The notes under the pieces are model-generated. The model did no database searches. It saw only the letters and a list, made by a program, of their open reading frames with translations, and was not told the origin of the DNA. DNA of 35,698 nucleotides, taken from NCBI GenBank assembly GCA_943704415.1, contig CALSCO010000369.1, forward strand, positions 1 through 35,698, written 5' to 3'. Shown in pieces: positions 12,108-25,890 of this stretch; positions within the stretch are counted from its first letter, which is position 1; each line of letters begins with the position of its first letter. The DNA is from Parvularia atlantis. Lineage: Eukaryota. The position numbers and the translations under genes were made by a program.

Positions 12108-15100
12108 ATGGACTCGCTCGCATCGGCGTCCGCGGCCGATGGCGCGCCGTCGACCGTGCCGCTGGCGACGACGTTCCCGTTCGAGCGCCTGTGCCGCGTG
12201 CTCGAGCGCCTGGGCGGGCTGAAGCACAAGCAGAAGGAGGCGGCACTGACGACGCTGATCCAGGTGCGCGGCCGATGGATGCGCGGCAGCGGCGTGACAT
12301 GCACACAGGCGTGGGCCGAGCACGATCTGCCGCCGCCCCGGCGCGACATCTACGCGCTGATCCGGTTGATGCTGCCCGAGGTGCGTGCCGACCCGCATCG
12401 GCGCGTGCAGGCGGCGGCTGAGTCCGCGCGGCAGCTCGACACGCAGCGCGTCGCGTACGGCGTCAAGGAGAAGGCGATGGCCAAGTACTACATCAGCGCC
12501 ATCGGCGTTGCGCCCGACAGCGAGGCCGCGCGCAAGCTGATCAACTGGAAGAACAGCAAGTTCGTGCAGGTGCGTGCGTGCACGTAAGCGTGTGCGCGCA
12601 GCTCACGCGCGACCGCACAGTCGGCCGGCGACTTTGCCGCGGTTGTGCACGAGGTGCTCGAGCGCCGCGCCAACCCGACGGGCCCCAAGTGGACCATCGC
12701 CGATGTCAACGTCGAGCTCGACCGGCTGATCGAGTCGAGCGCGACGGGCAAGTGCGTGCGCACACCGTGTGCACGGCTCGCGTGCACGGCTCACGTGCCG
12801 CTCACGCGCACGGCGCGCAGGCACGCGCACGTCGACATCTTCCGCAAGTTTGTGACGCGCATGTCGGCGCTCGAGAACAAGTGGATTGTCAAGATCATCC
12901 TCAAGAGTGCGTGCGTGTGCGCTCGGGCGCATCGCGCCTGCTCACGCGCGCCGTGCCAGCGATGAAGATCGGCGTGTCCGAGGAGCGCATCTTGCGCTCG
13001 CTGCACCCAGATGCGATGGAGGTGTACAACACGACGTCGGACCTGGCCAAGGTGTGCCGCGAGCTCACGGACCCGACCCAGCCGTCGCCCGAGAAGGTGC
13101 CCGCGTAGTGTCGCTGCCCGCTTGTGCTGATTGATGCCCGCAGCAAATCGCTCTGTTCCGCCCGTTTCGGCCCATGCTCGCCGGCCGCGACGCCGTCGAG
13201 AAGACGATGGAGCTGCTCGGCAACCAGCCGTTCTACGCCGAGCTCAAGCTCGACGGCGAGCGCATTCAGCTGCACAAGGCATGCGCGCACGCGGTAGACG
13301 TGTGCGGCGCACTGACCGCGCGGCCGGGCGCAGGACGGCGACAAGTACTTTTACTGCTCGCGCAAGAAGAAGGACTACACGCGGCTGTACGGCGCATCGC
13401 CGATGAGCCGCGGCGCGCTCACGCGCTTTATCCACGACAAGTGCTTCTCGCCGCTCGTGCGCAACGTGATCCTCGATGGCGAGGTATGCGCTGTGCAGCC
13501 GAACCTGTATCGCTGACGCGCGCGCGCGGCCAGATGGTCACCATCGACAAGAACGGCAGCTACGGGCGCTTCGGCAACCTCAAGACGGCGGCGCTCGCGG
13601 GCGCGGGCGTCGGCGGCGCGGGCGATGACGACAACGACGACGAGGGCGGCAGGCCGTCGACGGGTGGGCGCCGTCGCCGCGCCAAGGACGACGATGACGA
13701 TAACGACGACGACGAAAACGGGCCCGCGGTGCTGCCCGAGTTGGACGAGGTGCGCGCGCGCGTGCCACACCAACGCTCGTGCGCTGAACGCGGTCGGCAG
13801 AGCGAGACCGTGTGCTTCGTCGTGTTTGACCTGCTGTACCTGAACGACGTGTGCCTTACGTCGCGGCCGCTGCACGAGCGCAAGGACCTGCTCTCGCGCT
13901 ACATCACGCCGTTCTCGCCGCACTTGCACGTCATGAAGCGTGCGCGCCCACTGCGCAGCTCGCGCAGACGTGACCGGCCGTCGCGCGCGCAGACGTCGAG
14001 ATCAAGAGCATGAACGAGCTCTACGACCAGATCAACAGGGTCATCGAGACCAAGTGCGCGTCGTGAGCACATGCCTCGCGCATCACCCTCACCTGCCGCA
14101 CGTCTCCAGGCAGGAGGGCCTCGTCGCCAAGCGCATCGACAGCCCGTACGCGGTTAACAAGCGTGAGAAGGAGATGTGGGTCAAGATCAAGCCCGAGTAC
14201 CTCGACAGCACGGGCGACGACCTGGACGTACTCATCGTCGCGGGCTTTTGGAGCGACGGGCGGCGGCGCGGCGGCAAGATCACGCACTTTATGTGCGCCG
14301 TGCTGGACGACAAGGCCGGGCCGGTGAGCTCGCGCACTGTTGGCAGACAGCATGCATCCTTGCTCACACGCGCGGACGCAGGGTGCTGGCGCGGGCGCTG
14401 GCACGGGCGCGTCCGCGGGGTCGATGCCGCTCAGCGGCTCGCTGTCGGCCTCGGTGGACGCGGTCGGGGTGCCGACGCCGGGGTACCGCTTCCTCACGTT
14501 CAACAAGTTTGGCTCGGGCGTGAGCGACCAGACGCTTGAGATGCTCACGTGCGTGTGCTCAGCGCTGCGTGCCTGCGTTGACCCGCTGCTGCGCAGGCAA
14601 AAGCTGCACCGCCACTGGAAGCCGTGGGACAACGCGCGGCCGCCCAAGTGGCTCTCGCACCCGTCCGCGGCCGAGAAGCCAGACCTGTACATCGAGCCGC
14701 AGCAGTGCGCGCGTGCCGGCCGGGCGTGCAGAGAATGCTGACGGCCGCGCGCCGCCACAGCTCAATCGTGGTGCAGATCAAGGCGGCCGAGATTGTGCCG
14801 TCGACGCAGTACGGCTGCGGGTACACGCTGCGCTTCCCGCGGCTCGTGCGTCTGCGCGACGACAAGGGCTGGCAGGACGTTCTCAAGCTCGAGGGTGCAT
14901 CGCGTGCGTGCCGTGCGTCTGTGCGCTCACGGGCGCACCCGCAGAGATGCACGAGATGCGCCTGCTCAACCAGGGCCGCCTCATCTCAAGGAAGGCCTAC
15001 CAGGACGCGGCCGGCGACCGCGCCAGCAAGCGCCGCAAGGTCGAGCGGCCGCCGCGGCGGGTGCGCGTTGCGCCTTTGCCCGCCGGCTCGTACTGACACG

Positions 15101-16387
15101 CCTGTCAGGGGCGCGCCGAGATCGCCGCCCACCTGCGCGGCGCCAACTTGGGCAAGGTTGTCGCGTCCGGCACGCTCTTCAAGGACAAGCTGATCTGTGC
15201 GCGCTGTCTCGTGTCCTCTGGCGCGTTGGCTCACGTGCAAGGTGGCCGCAGACGTCGCCAACGTGCAGCCCGACGCGGGCGCGCCATCGCAGCCCGAGCG
15301 CACCAAGGAGTCGGTCGAGGTGCTGATCGCGGAGCAGTCGGGCGGGATCGTGCAGGTGTGCGCGCGACCAGTCGCGTGAAAACTTACGCTCACCGAAACT
15401 TACGCTCACCGATGCACAGAGCGTGCGCGACAACCTGTTTTGCGTCGTTGCCGACGAGTCGCAGAAGGCCAAGGTTGTCAACGTGATCCGCATGGGCGAG
15501 TTCGACGTCGTGCGTTCGCAGTGGGTCTTCGACTGCATCGCGCAGACGGCCCTACTCGCGCTGCAACCGCAGTGCGTTGGAGCGCGCTGTGTTGTGCGGC
15601 GTCGTTGCTGACGCCGCGCAGGTACATGCTCAGCGCCAAGCCGTCGACTGCGCAGCGCTTCGCCCGCCGCCTGGACCCGCACGGCGACAGCTACGCCGTG
15701 GACGTGACCAGCGACCAGCTGCTGCAGGTGCCTCGGCGCGCTCATGTGCTGCGGCGCAACCGTCTCACGGGTGCGGCGCAGATCCTGGGGCGCATGCCCG
15801 CTGACGGCGCGGCGGTGGACACCGAGGCATCGCGGCAGCTCAAGCGCCGGTACGCGTTCCTCCGTGGTGACGCCGAGTGGGTGCGTGCGCTCCCCGCAGC
15901 GGCACGCCAGCGCCCACACGCCTGCGCAGGGGCTGTTTGAGCAGCTGGACGTCGTCGCCATTGCGCGCGAGCTAGGTGGGCAGGGCCCCGCGTCGCTGCG
16001 GCAGGCACGCCAGGAGATCGCGCTCGCCAAGTTTGTCACGCGCGGCGCCACCGTGCTTCCGTCCGTCGTCACGCTCCCCGCCGACGCCGATGACGCCGCG
16101 GCGATCCTCTCGTGCGTCACAAGCGACTGCTCGCGGCGCGCACTGAGTGCCATGCGGCAGGACCGTGCTGGACGACCACGCATTCGAGCCGACGCACGTC
16201 CTGCTCGAGACCGGCACGGATGACGAGCGCGAGTGGGCGGTGCGCGTGCTCGGGCGGTGCGCGCCGTGCTGCTGCGCGTGCGTGGCTGACACTGTCATGC
16301 AGAGCGATGGGCGAGCGTCCCGCGGGGCGCCTGCAGCTGGTCGACGCGGCGTGGGTCGCGGCGGCAGTGGACGTCGGGCAGTTGTAA
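12108..16387 (+). CDS. LIG4: DNA ligase IV (DNA-binding, adenylation and OB domains, C-terminal BRCT region); more than 20 introns
   Basis: RLMLPE...RVAYGVKE, motif I ELKLDGERIQLHKDGDKYFYCSR, ILDGEM, FVVFDLLYLN, EGLVAK, WVKIKPEY, TLRFPR...RDDK, and BRCT-like DVVRSQWVFDC...DPHGDSY. Confidence 0.95.
15379..15411 (+). repeat. 17-bp tandem duplication (AAACTTACGCTCACCG-containing unit) inside a LIG4 intron
   Basis: aaacttacgctcaccg-aaacttacgctcaccg read directly; each copy carries a CTCAC branch-like motif. Confidence 0.85.
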
Positions 16388-16410
16388 CAGCAAAGCAGAC
16401 ACAGGGCGCT

Positions 16411-16650
16411 TTAGAAGTCGTACGCCTCGGTCATGACGGCGGCGGCGGGCACGGAGAACGGCGGGCGGACAAGCAGATCGGTCATGCTCGTCATGAACGC
16501 GGGCGGGCCGCAGAGCTCGACGGTGCCCTCCGAGCCGAGCCGGTCGACGTTAATGTCGGCGCCGATGGACTGGGCGACGGCGATGACACGCGATCCTTGA
16601 AGTCGAAATCGTTGAGCGCGACGACTTTGACCGGGTCAAGCAGGCGGATG
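16411..16650 (-). pseudogene. 3' remnant of an FNR-family FAD/NAD(P)-binding oxidoreductase, frameshifted
   Basis: Minus-strand frame reads VIAVAQSIGADINVDRLGSEGTVELCGPPAFMTSMTDLLVRPPFSVPAAAVMTEAYDF-TAA (CGPPxFM plus terminal E-aromatic). The upstream coding-like stretch IRLLDPVKVVALNDFDFKDR is in another frame, and there is no room for the N-terminal domains. Confidence 0.65.
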
Positions 16651-16796
16651 CTGCACTGGCAGGTGCGCCGTTGCACGGGTGCAGCCGCGCGGGCTCTCAC
16701 CGCGGAGACGCGCCACAGGCATCGGCGAGCACCACTGATAAGGGGGGGCTGTACACACTCGCGTCCTGCAAACTACCGTTACACACACAGCGCGGC

Positions 16797-19237
<2,441 letters not shown>

Positions 19238-19314
19238 CCACGTCTGACGGCCCTTCGCTATCGTGCGAAAGTCGCGTCGCCGGCACTCTTCCTGTGTTCT
19301 CTACACGTTCTACA

Positions 19315-19363
19315 AGCAGCAGCAGCAGCAGCAGTAGCAGCAGTAGCAGCAGTAGCAGCAGCA
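19315..19363. repeat. (CAG/TAG)n trinucleotide microsatellite between the MZT-like gene and ESA1
   Basis: agcagcagcagcagcagcagtagcagcagtagcagcagtagcagcagcag read directly. Confidence 0.9.
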
Positions 19364-19381
19364 GGCGCCTGTGCTCTGCCG

Positions 19382-19764
19382 TCACCACGACGATGTCGTA
19401 CTCGTGGTGGAGGCGGCGTCGCTCGCGGTCTGCTTGGCGCGATGCGCGAGAACGGCCGCCTTGAGCAGCCGCGCGAGCGCCTCGGGCGCGACGTTGAGCC
19501 TCAGCAGCTCGAGCATCTGCGTCGCACACGGTGCGCAGCGTCGATCAGGCAGCGAGCTCACGAGCAGCGCGTGAGGGGAGATGCACCGTCTCGACGAGCG
19601 TCTCGTCAACGCGCACGCCGACCTGCGCCGCAAGCCGCACGAGCTCCTCGATCACTGCGTGTCAATCGCGGCACGACGGGAGGGGCCGATGCGTGTGCGC
19701 GAGTGAGCAAGCCGAGAGCAGACGGCAACGACAACGGCGCACCTCGCGCATCCTCAGCCTCCAT
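19382..19764 (-). CDS. Mitotic-spindle organizing protein (MOZART family), most like MZT2/GCP8; 3 exons, about 75 aa
   Basis: Two GT-AG introns join to MEAEDARVIEELVRLAAQVGVRVDETLVETMLELLRLNVAPEALARLLKAAVLAHRAK...W-TGA. This matches the MZT2 pattern ELxxLAxxxGxxxDxxxxxxxxxLL(K/R)LNVAP...LK. Confidence 0.75.
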
Positions 19765-19803
19765 CTGTATGCTCACCCGCCAGCGGCAAATACGCATGCG
19801 ACG

Positions 19804-22192
19804 ATGCGACGCTGGGTGTGGACGCTGCTCGCGCACGTGACCGCGGCGCTCGTTCTGGGCGCCGCCGCGCTGCCCGACTGGGGCCCGTCCGAGTTTGCGC
19901 GGTGGGTGGGCACGTACGAGTGGCAGGCGACGTTTGCTGCGGGCGATGCGGCCGGTGCGTGTGCGCGCGTGATTGCGCAGGAGGAAGACGGCGGCTGATT
20001 AGCGACGACCCAGATGCCAAAGCGCCATCCGCCGACGTCATCCGCGCCCTCCCCGCCACCTTCGCCCGCCCCGACGGCGCGCTGCTGCTCCTCGCCGCGC
20101 CGCGCACCGTGTACGTCCTGCAGCCGGTCGAGGGCGTGTGGGACGCGCCGATGCCCGCGCCGATGCTCGATCGCGTCGCGCCCGCCGCCTGCACCTCGCC
20201 CGACGGCACCCGATGGTTCGTCTTCGGCGGCGCCACGGCCGACGGCGCGGCGCTGCTCGACGACCTGTGGACGTTCGACGCCAACCCGGAGGACGACACG
20301 GAGGAGTGGACGCACGTTGCCGGCAACGCGACCCATCCGGCCAACACTGCGCCGTCCGACACGGCGCCCGGCGCGCGGCGCGGCGCGAACCTGCTGTGCA
20401 CGAGCAACAACGTGTTGCTGCTCTTTGGCGGCGCCGTGCGCGACGGTGACAGCCTCGCGACCATCAACGACGTGTGGCAGATCGACGTGCGCACGGGCGT
20501 GTGGCAGCGGCTCGTCAGCGGCGCGCGCAACAGCCCCGGCGCGTACGGCACGCGCGGCGAGGAGGGTGCCGATAACCGCCCGCCCGCGCGCGAGTTCGCT
20601 TCGGCCTGGTTCCTCGACGGCAGCGCATACATCTTTGGCGGCGAGACGAGCGCCCTCGCGAGCCTGGCCACGCCTACGCCCGACCCCGCGAGCCTCCTCG
20701 GCGACTTTTGGCGCTTCAACCGCACGATGGGCAGCTGGGCGTGGCTCGGGTGCACACCGCACGTGGCCGGCGAGGCGAGCGTCGGCAGCACGGGGCTGGC
20801 GTGCCCTGCGGCGCGCAGCCGCGCGACGACGCTCGTGGGCAACTCGGCCGACATCTGGGGCGGCTTCCGGCTGAGCGTCGCGGACAGCGGCGTGCCAACG
20901 ACCGTCGTGGGCTTTGATCTGTGGAGTTGGGACGGCAGCGACGAGGCCGAGGACGCGACGCGCGCGGTGACCGAGGGCGTGTGGTGGCGCGTCAACTTTG
21001 ACGGGGACCAGCGCGGCGTATGGTTGATGAACACGGTGCCGGTGCCGGACGGGCTGGCCGTGGGCGCGTTTGCGGGCGCGCCGGGGTGGGTTCGGCCCGA
21101 GGACGCGGTGCTGTACCAGGGACATGAGCTGCACGTGCTCACGACGGACGTGGACGCGTACGCGCTCGTGATCGGCACGGACCTGCTGCGGTGGGTCGCG
21201 TGCATGATCATCATCTTTGTCGTGTCGCTCACGGGCACGATGCTCACCTTCCTGATCCTGCCGCGCCTCGTGCTCGAGAGCGACACATCGCGCCTGCTCG
21301 AGCAGGTCGGCTTTGGCTTTCTGTATGTGTTCCCGAGCATCGCCAACGTGCTCCTCGACGCGTTCTTCGTCCTGCTCCTGACCTTCCCGAGCTCGACGCT
21401 GCGCACGGCCTGCATCGTCTTCCAGGTGCGCCGCGCCGTGCGCCGCGTGCGAGCGCGATACTTACTGTGCCACGCGCACAGGTCCTGCCGACCATGGTGC
21501 CGATGATGCTCGCCTTCTCCAACATCGGCACGTTCCTGCAGACACACTCGCTCAAGATCCCGGGCGTGGGCATGCCGGGCCTGCGCGAGAACGATAGCGT
21601 CGTGGCCTACATGCTGCTGCGCGTGCCGGTCTGGGCCGTGCAGGTGTGCGCGCTAGCGTCGCGTGCCTGTGCGGGTCGGCTAACGGAGCCGCGCGCGAAC
21701 GCAGTCGATCATCGTCACGGCCATCTACGTCACTTTCTTCTTCATCATGGCCGGCTTCTACATCGGCTGCATCATGGCCGCGTGGCTGTGCCGCCTCGTC
21801 TACCTGCCGCCGTTCCACCGGCCGACCTTTGGCTACTTTATCGTGCGCAAGAACGACTCGAAGGCACGCCGCCCGGCCCTGCTCAGGCGAGACGCGGCAC
21901 TGACGCACTCGCAGGTGGCGGACGCGTTTGACCTGCGTGCGACCTACGCCGTCATCGCGATCGAGCTCGTCCTGCGCACGTTCCCGCTGCTCGTGATCGA
22001 GCTCGTGCGTCGGTTATCGCAGGTGGTGCACGCACGCCCTTTCTGACACCGCGCTGCGCCCAGGACACGATCGTGCGGTTTGCGCCCGAGACGAACCAGA
22101 CGCGCACGGTGGCGGCCTTTGCGATCATGCTCAACGTCTACATGCTGATGCTCGGCGTCGCGACCGTCGCCCGGCGACCCTTCAGCTCGTGA
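19804..22192 (+). CDS. Signal-peptide + kelch/galactose-oxidase-type beta-propeller + multi-pass membrane protein; 5 predicted introns
   Basis: Hydrophobic N-terminus MRRWVWTLLAHVTAALVLGAAA; repeated FGG...(N/D)D(L/V/F)W kelch blades; PGAR/PPARE motifs; several hydrophobic C-terminal segments ending RRPFSS-TGA. Confidence 0.78.
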
Positions 22193-22226
22193 CGCCAGTG
22201 ACACAGGTATCCATGTACAGGAGCAT

Positions 22227-24742
22227 TCACGCGATTGTGCACGCGCCCGGCGCGTCCTCCTTGCCCGCGGCGACCGGTGGCGGGGCAGCAGCCGCGTCCG
22301 GCTGCAGGTGCTTCTTGCTCTCGGCCATCTCGCGCAGCTTGAGCACGTTTGCTGGAAGGCGGCAGAGCGAGTGAAGGTGAGCAGCGGTCGCTGCGCGCGG
22401 AGATCAAACACACTCAGCAGGATGCGCGACGTGCCGACGAGGTCCGACGTGAACAGCGCCAGCACCGAGTTGCCCATCGTGTTCATGTACGTCAGCTGCA
22501 CACGGTTGTGAGACTGGCGTCAAAGCGCGTGCTGGCTGCCCGCGTACGTGCGCCTCCTCGGTGGTGCCGTCGACGGGCGTGATGATGAAGCCCGTTGGGC
22601 CGATCTCGGCGCGGACAAACTCGGGCCGCGCGGGCAGCTCGGGCGTGACGACCGAGCGAAAGGCGACGACGTACGACGGCGAGAGCGCTGTGGGCACGCG
22701 CAGCGAGTAGATGATCGCGGCGTCCATCGCATTCGGGCCGGGGCGGTCCGCGAGCGCGCTGCGCACGAGGGTGAGGGCGGCATGCTGGCAAAAGCGGCCG
22801 CACCGGCGGAACGGGCGCATCTGCTGCAGGACGATCGAGCAGCTGTCGTCGATCTTGCGCACGACAGTCATCGTGTCGGTGATCGAGTCCCACTGCTTGC
22901 GCAGCGACAGGCTCGACAGGATCTTGAACAGGCGCGAGGGCGACGCCTACGTTGCGAACGCGTGAGCACAGCTTTCTTGCGCGCACGCACGCGCGCCAGA
23001 CCTTGATGGTGCAGTCGAGGCGCACGATGGTGCCGGGGGTTGCCGTGTTGTCCTCGAGCATCGTCATGCGCACGCCGTCCTCCTCCGACACCTTCTGCCA
23101 ACCCGTGCGGCCGCGCAGGATCGCGAGCGAGCTGATGTTGGCGAGGTGCAACTCGGCGGCCTCCGTGCGCGCGCGCGCGCGCGTCAGCAGCAGACATGCC
23201 CGCGGCTGAGGCGCACCTTGCTCTCGACCCAGTCGACGGCCAGGCTGTCCTTGCGCAGCCGGATCGCGCGGCGGTCGAGGCGGATCTTGCGGCTGTCGCG
23301 GGGATGAGCCGAGCACGTGGCGACATGGATGTCGCTCTGCGCACCGCGCCATGGCTTCGAGCGAGCGCCGCGTCTCGGCCTCGGTCTCGTACAGCAAGCG
23401 CGGGAGGGCCGCCGTCGAGTCCTTGTCCTTGGCGAGCACGTCCATCGCTGCCACGCACGCACGGTCAGCAATGTGCGCGGGCGACTTTGCGCGACGCGCG
23501 CACCGACGAGCGTGAGGTAGCCCGAGTTGATGTGGCGCGGCGCGCCGCCCTCGACTGAGTACGCCTCGATGCGCACGCCGACCTCGAGCGACGCATTGAA
23601 CGTGTTGTTGACCTGCGCTCTGCCCGAGCGGTCAGATGGCCTGCGTGTGCGGATGTGCACGGCGACGCACTGGATGAAGATGCGGTCGCCCGTCTTGGCC
23701 GGCGCGACAAATGCGACGTCGTCGATGCTGCGCAGGGTGCAGAAGCCCGCGCGCAGGCGCGACGAGGCCATCGTTGCAGCGTTGCACATCCACTCGAGCA
23801 CCTGTGCCGCGCGTCAGTCGGTTGCGGCCGCACACGCGCGCGCACGGGTCGCACGCACCTGGCCGCCGAAGAGCGTCGAGTGGTGGTTGGTCTGGTTGGC
23901 GAAGACGAGCTCGGTGCTCTCGACGTGCGTGGCACTGGCGGCGATCGGGACCGCGTGCGTCTCGCCGGCACCACCGGGCGCGGTCGAGCGCGACGAGGCC
24001 GAGCTGGACGAGCCGGCGCGGGTGGCGCGCTCGCGCTGGTCGAGCTTGGAGGCGGTGTCGGCGATGGCCTTCTTGCGGTTGAGGCGCACGCTGCGGCGCT
24101 TCTCGGCCGCGTCGTGCTCCTGCTTCTCCTCGGGCGTCTGCGGCTCGACGGGCGGCAGCTTGACCTGTGCGTGCGTCAGGTGCACGGACGCAGCGGCAGC
24201 GCACCGCAGACCTTGTTGCCGTCTCGATCGAGCGCGACAAAGGTGAAGAAGGCCGTCGAGCACACGCGCCGGCGATCGCCCGAGTCCGGGTCCTCCACTT
24301 CGACCGTGCACAGGACCTCCATGCTCGTGCTGAACACGCGCGAGACGTGGCTCTCGATCAGCACGATGCTCCCGACCTCGACCGGGTGGTGGAACTCGAG
24401 GTCGTCCATGTTGGCCGTCACGGCGGGGCACCTGGAGATCGGGATGATCGTGGGCACGTGCGGCACGGGGCGTGAAGGGGGTGGCCGCAGGGGTGGCCGC
24501 AGGGGGCCGCAGGCACGACCAGGCGCATCGGCGGTGCCGAACGTCAGCAAAACACGGCATCGAATCGGCAGTGCACGCACGCACCCCGCCAGCCGCTCCG
24601 CCGCGAGACACGCCGTGCTGTCCATCCACTTGAGCAGCGCGCCGCCGCTGGCCACGCGCGGGTTGCGCACGTCGCCGTCGGCCGGCTGCACGAGCTTGGC
24701 GCATCTGGTGCGCGTCGCCGAGCACGGCGTCGTCGTCGACAT
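22227..24742 (-). CDS. Acyl-CoA thioesterase with two hotdog domains plus START domain (ACOT11/ACOT12-like); about 10 introns
   Basis: Hotdog 1: GGALLKWMDSTACLAAER, VTANMDD, AFFTFVALD. Hotdog 2: NHHSTLFGGQVLEWM, VNNTFNASLEVGV, RHINSGYLT. START: WQKVSE, RKQWD, YVVAFRSV...RAEIGPTGFII. An in-frame upstream ATG exists at 24778. Confidence 0.88.
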
Positions 24743-24778
24743 TTCGAGACTGCTAGTGCTAGTGGAACGTACACACAT

Positions 24779-25840
24779 ATGGAGGCGCGGCTGCTCGAGC
24801 GGCTCCGGGCGCGCGCCGGCGGCACGGACGAGCACCTGCGCGCGATGTACAGCCAGCTGCCTGCACGCACGGCCAACACGAAGGTGCGGCGGGCGCGATC
24901 GGGCCGATGCAGGTGCTGACTTGACGTGCGTACATCAAGGTGCACGACGCACGGCTCGCGTTCTGGCGTGATGCGCTGCTGGTGGACGCGCCCGACGTGC
25001 CCGGGGCGCTCGGCGGCGACGACCGGCTCGTGCTCGTGGCCGATGCGCTGCCGCGCCGCCTCGTGTTTGGTGGCAACGCGCCGCGCTCGCTGCCGTACAT
25101 CCTCGCGCGCATGATCGAGGACGGCGACCTGGTCGAGATGGACGCGTGGCGCCGCCGCACGACGTGGTCGGCCGGCGCGCTGCTCGTATCGTTGCTGCTG
25201 GGCTCGGTACGTGCGGCTCGCGCTCGCTGCGGCGTTGCTGATGCGCCGCAGATCGGCCGACTCGTCTTTGGCCCGCCTGCGGCCGCGAGCGACACGTCGC
25301 ACAGCCGTCCCGTGACCGGCTGCTACGTGCTCGCGGCGCGCGTCGAGCGCACGGCGCGCGAGGTGCTGCGGCACGCGCGCGAGCAGAACGTGACGGCGCT
25401 GCCCGGCCTGCGCGCCCTCGTCCGGCACTGCGCCGAGCCGGGACTGACGGACGATGACGTCGGCCTCGTACTGGACGCGCTCGTGCGCGCGGGCGACGCC
25501 GTTGTGCAGCCTGGACAGACTGACGAGCACACGGTGCGCAGCGGCTATGCACGCGCGGCGGGCGGAAGTGCACACTCACGATCCGCCAGCTCGTCAAGCT
25601 GCGCTCCGCCAAGGACCGCGGCGCCCTCGCGCTTACCGAGCACGACGTGCGCGTGTACGCCGTGCACGCGACCATCGCCAAGGTGCGAGACCAGCTCGCG
25701 CGGCTCACGGCGGGCTACGACAAGCTCGTGGCCGAGGCGCGTGCAGCGTACGCGCGGTGCACGACGGCCGGTGCGCGCAGCGTGTGAGGCTGGTTGTCTT
25801 TTATGCTGACGCGCGCGGACGCAGACGACAAGCGGCGGGC

Positions 25841-25890
<50 letters not shown>

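Noticed and set aside
19754..21547. Long minus-strand ORFs (597 and 453 aa) and similar ones such as 31326-33215 and 23655-24971
   Set aside because: Antisense or off-frame shadows of recognisable genes in very GC-rich DNA; Arg/Ala-rich with no motifs.
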